Source: a bacterium
GTDB taxonomy: Bacteria; SAR324; NAC60-12
Assembly: GCA_965209155.1 (NCBI GenBank)
Contig: OZ242383.1
Coordinates: forward strand, 2,944,001-3,008,000
DNA length: 64,000 nt
Direction: 5' to 3'
A model generated the notes under the pieces. The model saw nothing but the letters and a program-made list of their open reading frames with translations, was not told where the DNA came from and did not search any database. Positions within the stretch are counted from its first letter, which is position 1. Each line of letters opens with the position of its first letter. This document shows, in pieces, positions 30,225-40,216 of the stretch. The position numbers were made by a program, and so were the translations under genes.

Positions 30225-32093
30225 ATGAAATCGAAAATCGCTATTCCAAACAACCGTTCATCTTGGCTTTTTAATCAAAAAGCAGAAAGGAATCAAATGA
30301 ATCGACAAAAAAGCAATTCAACCATCACTGCAACCCTGCTCGCTCTCATCCTGGGGGTGGCAGGCTTCTTGGGCAGCCCGGCCTGGGCAGCCGATCCGCC
30401 AATAGACCCGACCACGGGAAAATTGTTGGGTTTCTCGTCGCAGGAGGCAAAGAACGCAGAGCCGGAGTATGGTGGAACGATTACCGCCGTTAGCAACTTT
30501 GGTGGGCAGTTCCCGCCTACAACTTTTAATCCCAGCAGTTCCATCTGGACGCAATATATCTACGTTTCACCGTATCTGGAGACCCTTTTGACGGGAGACA
30601 TTGTCAACAAGGGCCCGAGAGGAACCAACGAGTATGGGTTCAGTTTATCTCCCGCCCCACCGGCTAGTGTGGTTACAGGTGAGTTGGCGGAAAGCTGGTC
30701 GATGCCCGATCCGACGACACAGGTTTTCAAACTCCGAAAGGGAGTCATGTGGCAGGACAAGCCGGGAGTCATGAAATCCAGGGAGTTTACAGCAGAGGAT
30801 GTCGTTTTTGCCTACAACCATAAGGTTTCGACGTTTGTAGAAGGCGGTGGCGAATTCCAAATCGTTATGGACAATATCGAGTCGATAACCGCTCCGGATA
30901 AGTACACGGTCAAGATCGATTTGAACTATGTTGCTAATCCTGATTGGACTTACCTATGGGGATTAGGTGGTTTGTCCAGAATCTATCCTAAAGAGATGGT
31001 AGAAGCAGGGATGGACGACTGGAGGAATGGAGTGGGAACAGGCCCGTTTATGATTGAGGACTATGTGAAAGGCAGCCATGTCTCTTACGTCAGGAATCCC
31101 AATTACTGGGACACTTATACCCACAATGGCAAGGAATACGAGATTCCCTTTGTCGACCGAATGGTGAAAGCTCTCATACAGGATGAATCCGCAAAAATCG
31201 CCGCCCTGCGAACGGGGAAGCTTGACTGGCTCAAATTGGAGAAAAAGGACGTCCCGTCGCTTAGAAAATCAAGTCCCGAACTAATCATTAAAGACGATTA
31301 CCTTCAGCATTGTGCGTACATGTTAGCCATGAGGACGGACAGAGAGCCCTTTGACGATCTCCTTGTTCGACGAGCCATGAATATGGCTGTCGATCGACAA
31401 GCCATTCTTAACACGGTATTCGGTGGAGAAGGAGTAATCCTCAACAATCCCATCCCGGCAGACGGGCCGGAGTCTGTATTTACTCCTCTGGAGGAGATGC
31501 CGAAAGAAGTTCAGGAGAATTTTGAGTATAACCCTGAGCGTGCGAAGCTCCTGTTGGCCGCTGCGGGCTACCCGGAAGGATTCACGACTACTTTGCAGGC
31601 AGCTGCACTGAGTCCTTTTCAAGATATGGCTGAAATAATCATGGCTAACTTGCGCGATGTTGGAATCGACGTTAAGCCTCAGATGGTTGACTCCACCACG
31701 ACCGACGCTTTGATGAGCAAGAAGGAGCACGCGCCGATGCTTCTCTTTGGTCACGCTGTTTTTCCCATGTACGGTGCCCTTTGGCGTTATGCCAAGATAG
31801 ATGATCGAGGAAATGCGGGAATGTTGAATGACCCTGGCATTAATGCGCTCTTTACATATGGAGAGAGATTCACTTCTGACCAAGATGAAAGGTACAGCAT
31901 TATGAAAACGATGGCTATAGAGGGTCTCAAGCGGGCGAGTAATGTCGATTTACCATCTGGCTATTATGCCGTAGCTTGGTGGCCATGGTTGGAGAACTAC
32001 TACGGCGAAGTAGAACCGTCAACTGCAGATAATAAAGCCGTATTGTGGGCTCGCGCCTGGATCAACAGCAAGTTAAAGGCAAAAATACAGTAA
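30225..32093 (+). CDS. Family 5 ABC substrate-binding protein (alternative start 30297)
   Basis: Signal peptide ending AWA; LAESW, FKLRKGV, GTGPF, RNPNYW, VRRAMNMAVDR, YNPERAK. Confidence 0.93.
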   Translation: MKSKIAIPNNRSSWLFNQKAERNQMNRQKSNSTITATLLALILGVAGFLGSPAWAADPPIDPTTGKLLGFSSQEAKNAEPEYGGTITAVSNFGGQFPPTTFNPSSSIWTQYIYVSPYLETLLTGDIVNKGPRGTNEYGFSLSPAPPASVVTGELAESWSMPDPTTQVFKLRKGVMWQDKPGVMKSREFTAEDVVFAYNHKVSTFVEGGGEFQIVMDNIESITAPDKYTVKIDLNYVANPDWTYLWGLGGLSRIYPKEMVEAGMDDWRNGVGTGPFMIEDYVKGSHVSYVRNPNYWDTYTHNGKEYEIPFVDRMVKALIQDESAKIAALRTGKLDWLKLEKKDVPSLRKSSPELIIKDDYLQHCAYMLAMRTDREPFDDLLVRRAMNMAVDRQAILNTVFGGEGVILNNPIPADGPESVFTPLEEMPKEVQENFEYNPERAKLLLAAAGYPEGFTTTLQAAALSPFQDMAEIIMANLRDVGIDVKPQMVDSTTTDALMSKKEHAPMLLFGHAVFPMYGALWRYAKIDDRGNAGMLNDPGINALFTYGERFTSDQDERYSIMKTMAIEGLKRASNVDLPSGYYAVAWWPWLENYYGEVEPSTADNKAVLWARAWINSKLKAKIQ

Positions 32094-32100
32094 TCAGCCC

Positions 32101-32131
32101 ATCGGGGAATGAGGCGATCTCATTCCCCGAT
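32101..32131 (+). terminator. Stem-loop between SBP and permease genes
   Basis: ATCGGGGAATGAG...CTCATTCCCCGAT. Confidence 0.6.
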
Positions 32132-32163
32132 TATGAGAGGGTAGAGAAGCCAGGGGATACAAA

Positions 32164-33144
32164 ATGCAAACCTACATCATCAGAAGGTTACTCCTGCTCA
32201 TCCCTACTATTTGGGTAGCGAGCCTGCTCGTGTTCATCCTGATGCGCCTGATTCCCGGTGATTTTGCGGACAAGATAGCAGCTCAGAACCCATTTTTTCA
32301 AGCAGAAGACGCAAAGAGGGTGAGACAGGCCATGGGGCTGGATGAGCCCATCTTGGTCCAATATGGACGCTATATGGGAGTGATGGCCGACCACGAAGGC
32401 GCCTATTCCGGAATTTTACAAGGCAGCATCGGAAGATCGCTGTGGAGCAATGAACCTGTGACGAAGGTAATATTCGATCGATTGGCAGCCACTGTTGAGC
32501 TGGGGTTCTTTGCTTTAACGATATCGCTCCTCATCGCCTTACCGATCGGTACCTATTCCGCGATACGGCAGGAAACCCTGGGCGACTATGCCGGGCGCAG
32601 CTTTGCGATTTTGGCGATTGCCATTCCCAACTTCTGGTTAGGAACGATGATCGTCGTCTTACCCTCGATTTGGTGGGGGTGGTCTCCGGCGATCATGCTG
32701 ATCCGGTTCATGGAGGATCCGCTGGGAAACCTGGAGCAGTTCCTCGTTCCGGCTCTTGTTTTGGGCGTGTTTTTATCAGGGATGACCATGAGAATGACGC
32801 GAACTATGATGCTTGAGGTGTTGAGACTAGATTACATCAGGACGGCTTGGGCCAAGGGACTCGAGGAGAGGGTAGTCATCCTCCGGCATGCTCTTAAAAA
32901 TGCCCTGATTCCCGTGATCACCGTCGTCGGATTTTTAATCCCTTACATTGTTGGGGGTTCCGTTGTCGTAGAGCAGATATTCGGCATCCCTGGCATGAGT
33001 TTGCAATTTCTACAGGCGGTCGAAGATAGAGACTATCCTGTCGTCTCCGGAATCATGTTGTTTGTGGGGGGCGTTGTCCTGCTGTCCAATCTCGTGACGG
33101 ACCTGGCCTATGCCTACCTGGACCCCAGGGTTCGGTATAGATAA
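32164..33144 (+). CDS. ABC permease, DppB/OppB-like
   Basis: YIIRRLL, DYIRTAWAKGL, RHALKNALIP, YAYLDPR. Confidence 0.95.
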   Translation: MQTYIIRRLLLLIPTIWVASLLVFILMRLIPGDFADKIAAQNPFFQAEDAKRVRQAMGLDEPILVQYGRYMGVMADHEGAYSGILQGSIGRSLWSNEPVTKVIFDRLAATVELGFFALTISLLIALPIGTYSAIRQETLGDYAGRSFAILAIAIPNFWLGTMIVVLPSIWWGWSPAIMLIRFMEDPLGNLEQFLVPALVLGVFLSGMTMRMTRTMMLEVLRLDYIRTAWAKGLEERVVILRHALKNALIPVITVVGFLIPYIVGGSVVVEQIFGIPGMSLQFLQAVEDRDYPVVSGIMLFVGGVVLLSNLVTDLAYAYLDPRVRYR

Positions 33145-33178
33145 AAGGTACTCGTTCACGGATAACCGATAACCGATC

Positions 33179-34126
33179 TTGAACGATAACCTGGAAATCC
33201 CATCCGAAATCAGTGAGCCCAGACGACGTTCCAGGCTGGGCGTGTTCTTGACCAGGCTGGTCAAGGAGAAACCTCTGGGTTTTGTGGGGGGGATTATCGT
33301 GCTGCTCTTTCTGATTGCCGGCATCTTTGCCGATTGGTTGGCGCCTTACGGCGTGAACGAGTATAGCTCCGTGGATTACCTGCATCCCCCCTCATTCAAG
33401 TACCCCCTCGGTGCGGATAACCTGGGGCGGGACATGTTAAGCCGGGTGATCTTTGGGGCTCGCATCTCCATGATTGTCGGTCTCGCTGCTGCTACCCTGG
33501 CTATATTGATTGCCCTCTTGATCGGCGTGCCTTCCGGTTACTTTGGCGGGAAGCTCGATATGGTGGTACAGCGCTTTGTGGATGGCTGGATGGTCTTCCC
33601 CGTGTTAATCCTGCTCCTGGGCATTGTCTCTGTCGTGGGAACCGGGATGTTGCAGTTGATTATCGTTTTAGGGTTGTTTGAAGGGATTTACGGTTCCAGG
33701 ATCATTAGAAGCGCCGTGATCGGGATTCGAGAGAATATGTATTTAGCAGCAGCGGTGGCGATTGGTTGTCCGACGGTGAGAATCATTACCCGACATATTC
33801 TGCCCAATATCATGGCCCCCTTGATCATTGTCTTTTCGTTGAGTGTGCCGACGATCATTTTAAATGAAGCGGCCCTCAGCTTCCTGGGTTTTGGCATCCC
33901 CCCTCCCTCGACCAGCTGGGGAGGGATGCTCAGTGGCTCCGGACGCCGCTATATGTTTCTCGCTCCCTGGATTGCCTTATGGCCTGGTCTTTCTCTGACG
34001 ATTGTCGTCTACGGCATGAATATGTTTGGAGACGCCATGAGAGACTTACTGGACCCGAGGCTGAGGGGCGCTGCAGGGCGCTATGGCGGGTTTCAGGTGA
34101 GGTCTCGCCAAAAGAGAACTTCATGA
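33179..34126 (+). CDS. ABC permease, DppC/OppC-like
   Basis: LGADNLGRDMLSR, RHILPN, EAALSFLG, GDAMRDLLDPR. Confidence 0.95.
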   Translation: MNDNLEIPSEISEPRRRSRLGVFLTRLVKEKPLGFVGGIIVLLFLIAGIFADWLAPYGVNEYSSVDYLHPPSFKYPLGADNLGRDMLSRVIFGARISMIVGLAAATLAILIALLIGVPSGYFGGKLDMVVQRFVDGWMVFPVLILLLGIVSVVGTGMLQLIIVLGLFEGIYGSRIIRSAVIGIRENMYLAAAVAIGCPTVRIITRHILPNIMAPLIIVFSLSVPTIILNEAALSFLGFGIPPPSTSWGGMLSGSGRRYMFLAPWIALWPGLSLTIVVYGMNMFGDAMRDLLDPRLRGAAGRYGGFQVRSRQKRTS

Positions 34127-34146
34127 TTTTTAAAAAAGGAGGAAAA

Positions 34147-35082
34147 ATGACCCTACCCACTTGGAGCCGCGATGCCGGGACAATGAAACGAGATATCGAC
34201 GAGCATGGATATTGTCTCGTCAAGGAAGCGCTGACCCCGGAACAGCTTGCCGAAGCACGCGAGCGTCTCAGCGAGCAGGCCGAGGCCGAGCGCAAGGCCG
34301 GAGTCGCCTTCCTCACTGACGGCCGGATCCCAGATGACCTGGGAACATTTCCGGAACCCAAGACTGGCAACAGCCAAGCTGTGACTTTTCTCGCAAACAA
34401 GGGCCGTATCTTTCGCGAGATGGCTGTGCTGCCGGACATTCTGGACATTGTGCGCCATGTGCTCGGCGAGGAAATCCGTATCCAAAATCTCTTGGCGCAC
34501 ATCACTCGCAGTGACCGCCAGGCGCAGACGCTGCACCAGGACCAATGGTTCGTCCCATCGTCCGGCTGCTATGACGAACCGATGCGCGCCGGATCGATCA
34601 CACGCGCGAATCCCGGGCAGCCCGAGACACCGGGAGCGACCCTGATGCCGTGCATCGTGTGCAACGTCATGTGGATGCTGGACGACTTCACCAGCGAAAA
34701 CGGCGCGACCTGGATCGTGCCCGGCAGCCACAAGCTCGGACGCCGACCGAACAAGGACGACATTAAGAACCAAATGCAGGTGATAGGCCCGGCCGGCAAC
34801 TGCTTCATCTTCGACGGCCGGCTCTTTCATGGAGCCGGAGCCTACCTCTCTCAGGATCCGACTGGCGAGCGGACGGGCCTCACCTTCGCTTACCAACCGC
34901 CCATGTTCAGGCCCTTCGAGAACTACCCAATGGAGTTACTTCCCGAGGTATATGAGGAAGCCTCCCAAGAGCTTCTCGATCTCCTGGGCTTCAAGGTCTG
35001 GTTCGGCATTGGCCACCGGGGCGACTTCAACGCGGAGCGCATCTCGCGCGACACACCGATCATCGGGGAGCTGAAGCCGTAG
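34147..35082 (+). CDS. Phytanoyl-CoA dioxygenase (PhyH) family Fe(II)/2OG enzyme
   Basis: LHQD, NGATWIVPGSH, DGRLFHG; AAGGAGG RBS before ATG 34147. Confidence 0.9.
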   Translation: MTLPTWSRDAGTMKRDIDEHGYCLVKEALTPEQLAEARERLSEQAEAERKAGVAFLTDGRIPDDLGTFPEPKTGNSQAVTFLANKGRIFREMAVLPDILDIVRHVLGEEIRIQNLLAHITRSDRQAQTLHQDQWFVPSSGCYDEPMRAGSITRANPGQPETPGATLMPCIVCNVMWMLDDFTSENGATWIVPGSHKLGRRPNKDDIKNQMQVIGPAGNCFIFDGRLFHGAGAYLSQDPTGERTGLTFAYQPPMFRPFENYPMELLPEVYEEASQELLDLLGFKVWFGIGHRGDFNAERISRDTPIIGELKP

Positions 35083-35085
35083 AAA

Positions 35086-35148
35086 AGGGGTCAGGCTTGA
35101 AAGTTTGGAAAATAAAATTTATTATCCAAACTTTCAAGCCTGACCCCT
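35086..35148. repeat. REP-like perfect palindrome with 24-bp arms
   Basis: AGGGGTCAGGCTTGAAAGTTTGGA ... TCCAAACTTTCAAGCCTGACCCCT. Confidence 0.85.
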
Positions 35149-35222
35149 ACCTGAGCATGCCGATGGCTATCAATATTACAATCTGCCCTCCTTTTTCAGG
35201 GGGTGCGTGAAAAGGTGACAAT

Positions 35223-36308
35223 ATGCCACGAAAACTAGCCTTCACAGGCGGGCATCAAATTGAAGTCGTTGAATATGAAGAACGACCATTGGAGCCGAAT
35301 GAGCTTCGCATCAAAACGGAATATGCCTCGGGTAAACACGGGACGCCTCTCGCATATATGGATGACCAGCACCCTCCATGGCAGCGTTGGGATGAAAAGA
35401 TGCGCCTCTTTATCCCAACAGAAGAGCCGCCAGCGGAAGATCGGATGGTCGGTTCGCCAGTCGGTACCAGTGGTGTCGGCACCATTATCGAACTAGGTTC
35501 CGAGGTTTCTCATTGGCAAATTGGGGATCGGGTCTTAGGCTTTCTGGATGTGAGCGAGACGAATATCATTTGTGCCCATCGACCGGCTCATTGGTCGGGA
35601 CCTCCTAATTGGCTGGATGGTGGTCTGTGGAAGTTGGGCGATCTCGATCCACTGTTGGCCTTATGCTTCGAGCCGGCCTTTACGGCCTTCCACTGCATCC
35701 GAGAATCCAACGTCCGCTTTGGTGATACGGTAACCGTCATCGGACTGGGAGCCATTGGTTTACTGGCGGTACGCCTGGCTGCTCTCAGTGGAGCAGAACA
35801 GGTTTTTGCCGTGGATCCGCTGCCGAACCGCCGCCACATGGCGACTGAATTTGGGGCGCACCACGTCCTCGATCCCTTTGCCGGGGATGCCGCGTTGGAA
35901 ATTCACCAGTTGACGGGCGGAGCCGGGGTGGATGTGGCGATTGAGATCAGTGGCAAAATTCCTGCGCTGCAAACCGCGATTCGAGCTGCTCGGAGCGGGG
36001 GGACGGTCTGTTCGGCGAGCGCCTACGCAGGTCAACCGGCGAAGGACCTATGGCTGGGCCGCGAATGGCACAACAACCAGCTGACGATGATCGTTCCTCA
36101 TGGCTGTTCTGATGGTCTTAAACCGCGCGACTTCCCGCGCTGGGACGAGTACCGGGCCTTCGACTGTATTGTGAGTATGATGCGTCAGGGCCGGTTGACC
36201 GCTCCTGGCCTGATCCAGCCCCTCGTTTCGCTTGATAAATTCCAGGAGGTCTGGCGCCTGATCCAGGACCACCCGGAAGAGGTGGTCAAATTTGCAATCC
36301 GCTTTTGA
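35223..36308 (+). CDS. MDR/zinc-binding dehydrogenase family oxidoreductase
   Basis: GDTVTVIGLGAIGL, GVDVAIEISG; the canonical catalytic Zn cysteines are not evident. Confidence 0.88.
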   Translation: MPRKLAFTGGHQIEVVEYEERPLEPNELRIKTEYASGKHGTPLAYMDDQHPPWQRWDEKMRLFIPTEEPPAEDRMVGSPVGTSGVGTIIELGSEVSHWQIGDRVLGFLDVSETNIICAHRPAHWSGPPNWLDGGLWKLGDLDPLLALCFEPAFTAFHCIRESNVRFGDTVTVIGLGAIGLLAVRLAALSGAEQVFAVDPLPNRRHMATEFGAHHVLDPFAGDAALEIHQLTGGAGVDVAIEISGKIPALQTAIRAARSGGTVCSASAYAGQPAKDLWLGREWHNNQLTMIVPHGCSDGLKPRDFPRWDEYRAFDCIVSMMRQGRLTAPGLIQPLVSLDKFQEVWRLIQDHPEEVVKFAIRF

Positions 36309-36444
36309 AAAAGGAGACGCGACATGGCAAAAGGGAGGTGGTCAAAGGGATCTCTCGTGTAATGATTTCTTTGAATTTAAGTACGGAAGGATTTTCATTT
36401 TTTTGAAAGAAATCAATCAGTACGGAAGTATCGACTAAGATCAT
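36286..36444 (-). pseudogene. Truncated VapC/PIN toxin
   Basis: ATG overlaps the antitoxin stop and gives MILVDTSVLIDFF (PIN N-terminus); the frame ends after 52 codons. Confidence 0.75.
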
Positions 36445-36641
36445 GACCCTTCCCGCATGCGTTTATGATTATAGCCTGCCTCAAATTCTATTTTCCCTTC
36501 CAGATCCATCAAATTTAAACGACGCTTTTTCTCTACAAATTCTTTGAGTGCTATATAGATTAACTCCTTTTTTGTCTTAACAGAACTGTATTTAAAAGCC
36601 TCGTTCACTAAATTGTCATCCAAAACAATATTTGTCCTCAT
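36441..36641 (-). CDS. VapB-family antitoxin
   Basis: MRTNIVLDDNLVNEAF...KTKKELIYIALKEFV. Confidence 0.88.
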   Translation of the reverse strand: MRTNIVLDDNLVNEAFKYSSVKTKKELIYIALKEFVEKKRRLNLMDLEGKIEFEAGYNHKRMREGS

Positions 36642-36755
36642 GGGTACCTCGTTGGATAGGTGTTTAGCTTTTTGTGTATTTTAATACACATGCTAATACA
36701 CTATTTTGATGTTGTCAATGATTCATCTGAGTCACTAGACGAAAGATCTTCGAAA

Positions 36756-36814
36756 AAGCTGGTTCTGCAAACCCTGTTCGAAGAATACGAAGCAGCCCGG
36801 AGACGGTTTTTGAA
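36756..36814 (+). pseudogene. 59-bp scrap of the giant regulator gene
   Basis: Matches 11843-11903 and ~26038-26096 ([20 protein letters not shown]) with one base deleted. Confidence 0.85.
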
Positions 36815-37131
36815 AAGGGGTCAAATCATAAACATGGAGCTTATCTCAAAGACCGTTTCCTATTGGCTTTGCTGGGGCCCCAAGGTGGTGTTCCTTAGAC
36901 TTTTTTCTTTTTTAGCGCTTTTCTTCTGTGCCGGTTTGGAAAAGGGTCATTCCTTATCTGGAAGGAATCATCAGAAAATTGTAAAGACAAATAAAAAACT
37001 ATTAAAAGCTTGAACCTGGCAGAAAACCGCTGTATGAATGTTTTCCTGTTTCATGTAAAAATGAATTCATGCTTTGACGAAAGGATGATTCATTCGATGG
37101 GGAAAGTAGCCGACAATCCAGGAGAAAGAAC

Positions 37132-37371
37132 ATGACGAAACCACACATTGCGCAACAAGAACCCTATGGTATTGATTTGGAGCCCGGAGAATACTGGTGG
37201 TGCCAATGCGGCCGGTCTGCCAATCAACCATATTGTGATGGTTCACATAAAAATACTGAATTTGAACCAGTCAAATTCACTATTACGAAAGTCAATAAAT
37301 ATTGGCTCTGTGGTTGCAAACATAGCGCTGATAAACCATTTTGTGACGGTACCCACAACAGACTATCCTGA
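37132..37371 (+). CDS. CDGSH iron-sulfur domain protein (two motifs)
   Basis: WCQCGRS..QPYCDGSH and LCGCKHS..KPFCDGTH. Confidence 0.95.
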   Translation: MTKPHIAQQEPYGIDLEPGEYWWCQCGRSANQPYCDGSHKNTEFEPVKFTITKVNKYWLCGCKHSADKPFCDGTHNRLS

Positions 37372-37579
37372 TCTGTTTTAAATTTGTATTCCATTTTGCG
37401 CAATGGACATAGTGACGCACTCTCGTTCTATGGACAAAGTGTTCATTCGGGGTCGGGTAACTTTTCGGGCTCAAGCACCGTCAGTTAATACAAGGTCAAA
37501 GGATCGTAAAAAATAATCGTCTTTTTTCTGAGAGCATCCCAAAGTATTAACTCCTGTAAAGCGATTTTCAGGAAAGGAA

Positions 37580-39082
37580 TTGAAAATGGAGCAACTGGAA
37601 GAAATTGCAGCTCATCCAAGCAGAATCGTTCTTTTAAACGATAACCCACCTTCACAAGCGGCGAAAGCGATCTTCGCAGAGCAGTTGGGAGTCGATCAGG
37701 ATATAATGAGAAAAATCCTGAAAACAGCGATGAGCCTGGGGGGCGATTTCGCGGACTTGTTTTTCGAATACACATTGAGAAATTCAATTATCCTGGAAGA
37801 AGGGATCATTAAAAATTCATCAAAAGCCGTGGTCATGGGGGTAGGTATCAGGGTTCTCAAAGGGGAACAAACCGGTTATGCCTATAGTGAGGGCTTGAGT
37901 CTGAAGCCCATGCTTCATGCAGCCCGAACGGCCGCAGCCATTGCTACGGGCGGCAAAGTGAAAGTCGAAGATGTTGAACAGTTCAATGAATCGGTTCCCT
38001 CCAACTACTATAAAGTCTTAAATTCCATCACCGATTTGGCAATTGCCGAAAAAATCCGCTTGATCCAGGAAGTTGAAAAAAAATCTCATGATTATGACGA
38101 ACGCATAATCAAAGTTACTGTGACCTTGGTGGATTCCATCAATTATGTTCAGATCGCCACTTCTGAAGGAAAAATAATGCGGGACACCCGACCTATGTTT
38201 CGTATGGGAGTCCAAAGCATTGCTCAGGAGGAAGCGAATATTCAGGTTGGATTTTCAGGAGTGGGTGGACGAGTGGGGACGGATTTCCTACAGCAAAGCG
38301 ATCATGCCCGCATCATTGCGGAAAAAGCGGCTGCGCAGGCCATTTTGTTGCTCGATGCTCAACAAGCGCCTTCCGGGGAAATGCCGGTAATTTTGGGTCC
38401 CGCCCAATCCGGTATCCTCTTACACGAGGCAGTTGGACATCCTATCGAAGCTGATTTTAACCGCAAGGGGACTTCGGCTTACAGTGGTCGTGTTGGGGAA
38501 AAAGTGGCTTCGGAGTTATGTACGATTTACGATTCCGGCCAAATAGAGTTCGACCGGGGCGCATTGAATTTTGACGACGAAGGGAACGTCTCTCCCGCCA
38601 GTATGCTGATTGAAAATGGGATCCTGCGCGGATATATGCATGACGGCATCAGCAGTCGACATTATCACGTAGAGACTTCCGGAAACGGGCGGCGAGAATC
38701 TTACGCTCACTACCCCACACCACGAATGACGACTACCTATCTTGCTGCAGGTGATTCGCCTCCGGAAGAAATCATCCACTCCGTCAAAAAGGGAATTTAT
38801 TGCGAATCGTTCAGTGGGGGACAAGTGGATATTTCCAATGGAGATTTCGTTTTTGTTCCCACCGTTGCCTACATGGTAGAGGACGGTAAATGCGCCTACC
38901 CCATTAAAAATTTCACCTTAATAGGCAATGGACCGGATGCGATGTCGAATGTCACCATGGTGGGAAAGGATTTTGCTTTCAGTGAGGGCATCTGGACTTG
39001 TGGAAAACACGGTCAGAGTGTTCCTGTGGGAGTGGGACTGCCCACTGTGCTGGTTTCCCGGATGACTGTGGGAGGTATCTGA
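37580..39082 (+). CDS. tldD: TldD-family metalloprotease
   Basis: GILLHEAVGHPIEAD, GNGRRESY, CGKHGQSVPVGVG. Confidence 0.92.
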   Translation: MKMEQLEEIAAHPSRIVLLNDNPPSQAAKAIFAEQLGVDQDIMRKILKTAMSLGGDFADLFFEYTLRNSIILEEGIIKNSSKAVVMGVGIRVLKGEQTGYAYSEGLSLKPMLHAARTAAAIATGGKVKVEDVEQFNESVPSNYYKVLNSITDLAIAEKIRLIQEVEKKSHDYDERIIKVTVTLVDSINYVQIATSEGKIMRDTRPMFRMGVQSIAQEEANIQVGFSGVGGRVGTDFLQQSDHARIIAEKAAAQAILLLDAQQAPSGEMPVILGPAQSGILLHEAVGHPIEADFNRKGTSAYSGRVGEKVASELCTIYDSGQIEFDRGALNFDDEGNVSPASMLIENGILRGYMHDGISSRHYHVETSGNGRRESYAHYPTPRMTTTYLAAGDSPPEEIIHSVKKGIYCESFSGGQVDISNGDFVFVPTVAYMVEDGKCAYPIKNFTLIGNGPDAMSNVTMVGKDFAFSEGIWTCGKHGQSVPVGVGLPTVLVSRMTVGGI

Positions 39083-39088
39083 AAAGCA

Positions 39089-40066
39089 ATGTCCCTGCAA
39101 AAACCGCTCGTCCACATTCCTGTCATGATAGAGGAAATTCTGGACCAGACCCCTTCCCAAGTAAAAAAAATGCTCGATTGTACGGTAGGGGGAGGGGGGC
39201 ACAGCGAGGCATTGCTCAATCGATTCGGACATGCTCAACTGGTGGCATTTGACCGAGATCCCCTTGCACTGGAAATAGCCAGTTCCCGATTGCGTCCCTT
39301 CCATGAGCGCATTCAGCTCCAACATTCTCGATTTTCCAAGCTGGAAGAAAATCTAGCTGAAATTGCATGGAAATACGATTTTATTGTCGCTGACCTGGGA
39401 GTGTCTTCTTTTCAACTGGAACTTCCTGAGCGGGGTTTTTCTTTCAGTCATGACGGTCCTCTGGATATGCGGATGGACCCCAATTCTGAAGAAAAGGACG
39501 CCAGCCACTGGATTAATCAAGCCGGCGAACAGGAGTTGGTAGACATTTTTAAACGATATGGAGAAGTGCGATTTGCTCGAAAAATCGCTCAAGGCATTGC
39601 GCAAAAAAGGAAAGAGCAAAAATTTTCTTCCACGCAACAGCTGGCAACCTTTGTTGCTTCCCTCATCCCTCGCCGATTTCACAAAAAAAATACTCATCCT
39701 GCCACCCAAGTCTTTCAAGCCTTACGAATTACCGTCAATGACGAAATGCGAGAATTGAAGGCAATGTTGCAAATCGTTTTACCTTATCTCAATGCCAGGG
39801 GACGGTTGGCATGTATTGCATTCCATTCCCTGGAAGACCGGCTGGTCAAGCAGCATTTTCGGCAATGGGAAAACCCGTGCCGTTGCCCTCCGCTGTTGCC
39901 ACACTGCGTATGTGGCCGGCAACCATTAGGGAAAAGAGTAGTGAAACGTCCTATAGTACCCGGTACGGAAGAAATCGAATACAACCCGCGCAGCCGGAGT
40001 GCCAAACTGCGCATTTTTGAACGATTTGAAGAAGATTCCGTAGAAGGACCAACTGTCTTCAACTAA
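39089..40066 (+). CDS. rsmH: 16S rRNA m4C1402 methyltransferase
   Basis: HIPVM, DCTVGGGGHS, DLGVSSFQL, FHSLEDRLVK, NPRSRSAKLR. Confidence 0.97.
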   Translation: MSLQKPLVHIPVMIEEILDQTPSQVKKMLDCTVGGGGHSEALLNRFGHAQLVAFDRDPLALEIASSRLRPFHERIQLQHSRFSKLEENLAEIAWKYDFIVADLGVSSFQLELPERGFSFSHDGPLDMRMDPNSEEKDASHWINQAGEQELVDIFKRYGEVRFARKIAQGIAQKRKEQKFSSTQQLATFVASLIPRRFHKKNTHPATQVFQALRITVNDEMRELKAMLQIVLPYLNARGRLACIAFHSLEDRLVKQHFRQWENPCRCPPLLPHCVCGRQPLGKRVVKRPIVPGTEEIEYNPRSRSAKLRIFERFEEDSVEGPTVFN

Positions 40067-40133
40067 CCTGAGTTCGAGAAAAGAATTTAATGAATTCAAT
40101 ATGTTATGGATTCTCCATATCTTAGAGAATCCT

Positions 40134-40180
40134 TGTCATTCCTGCGAAGCGTCCCTGCGAAAACAGGGAGCAGGAATCCA
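40134..40180. repeat. REP-like element between convergent rsmH and rplL
   Basis: TGTCATTCCTGCG...GCAGGAATCCA; same family as 18407-18529. Confidence 0.6.
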
Positions 40181-40216
40181 GAGGTATACAGCCAGACTGA
40201 AATGGGGTTTCAGCAC

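Noticed and set aside
36660..37013. 117-aa ORF
   Set aside because: Mosaic of the regulator scrap and intergenic DNA.
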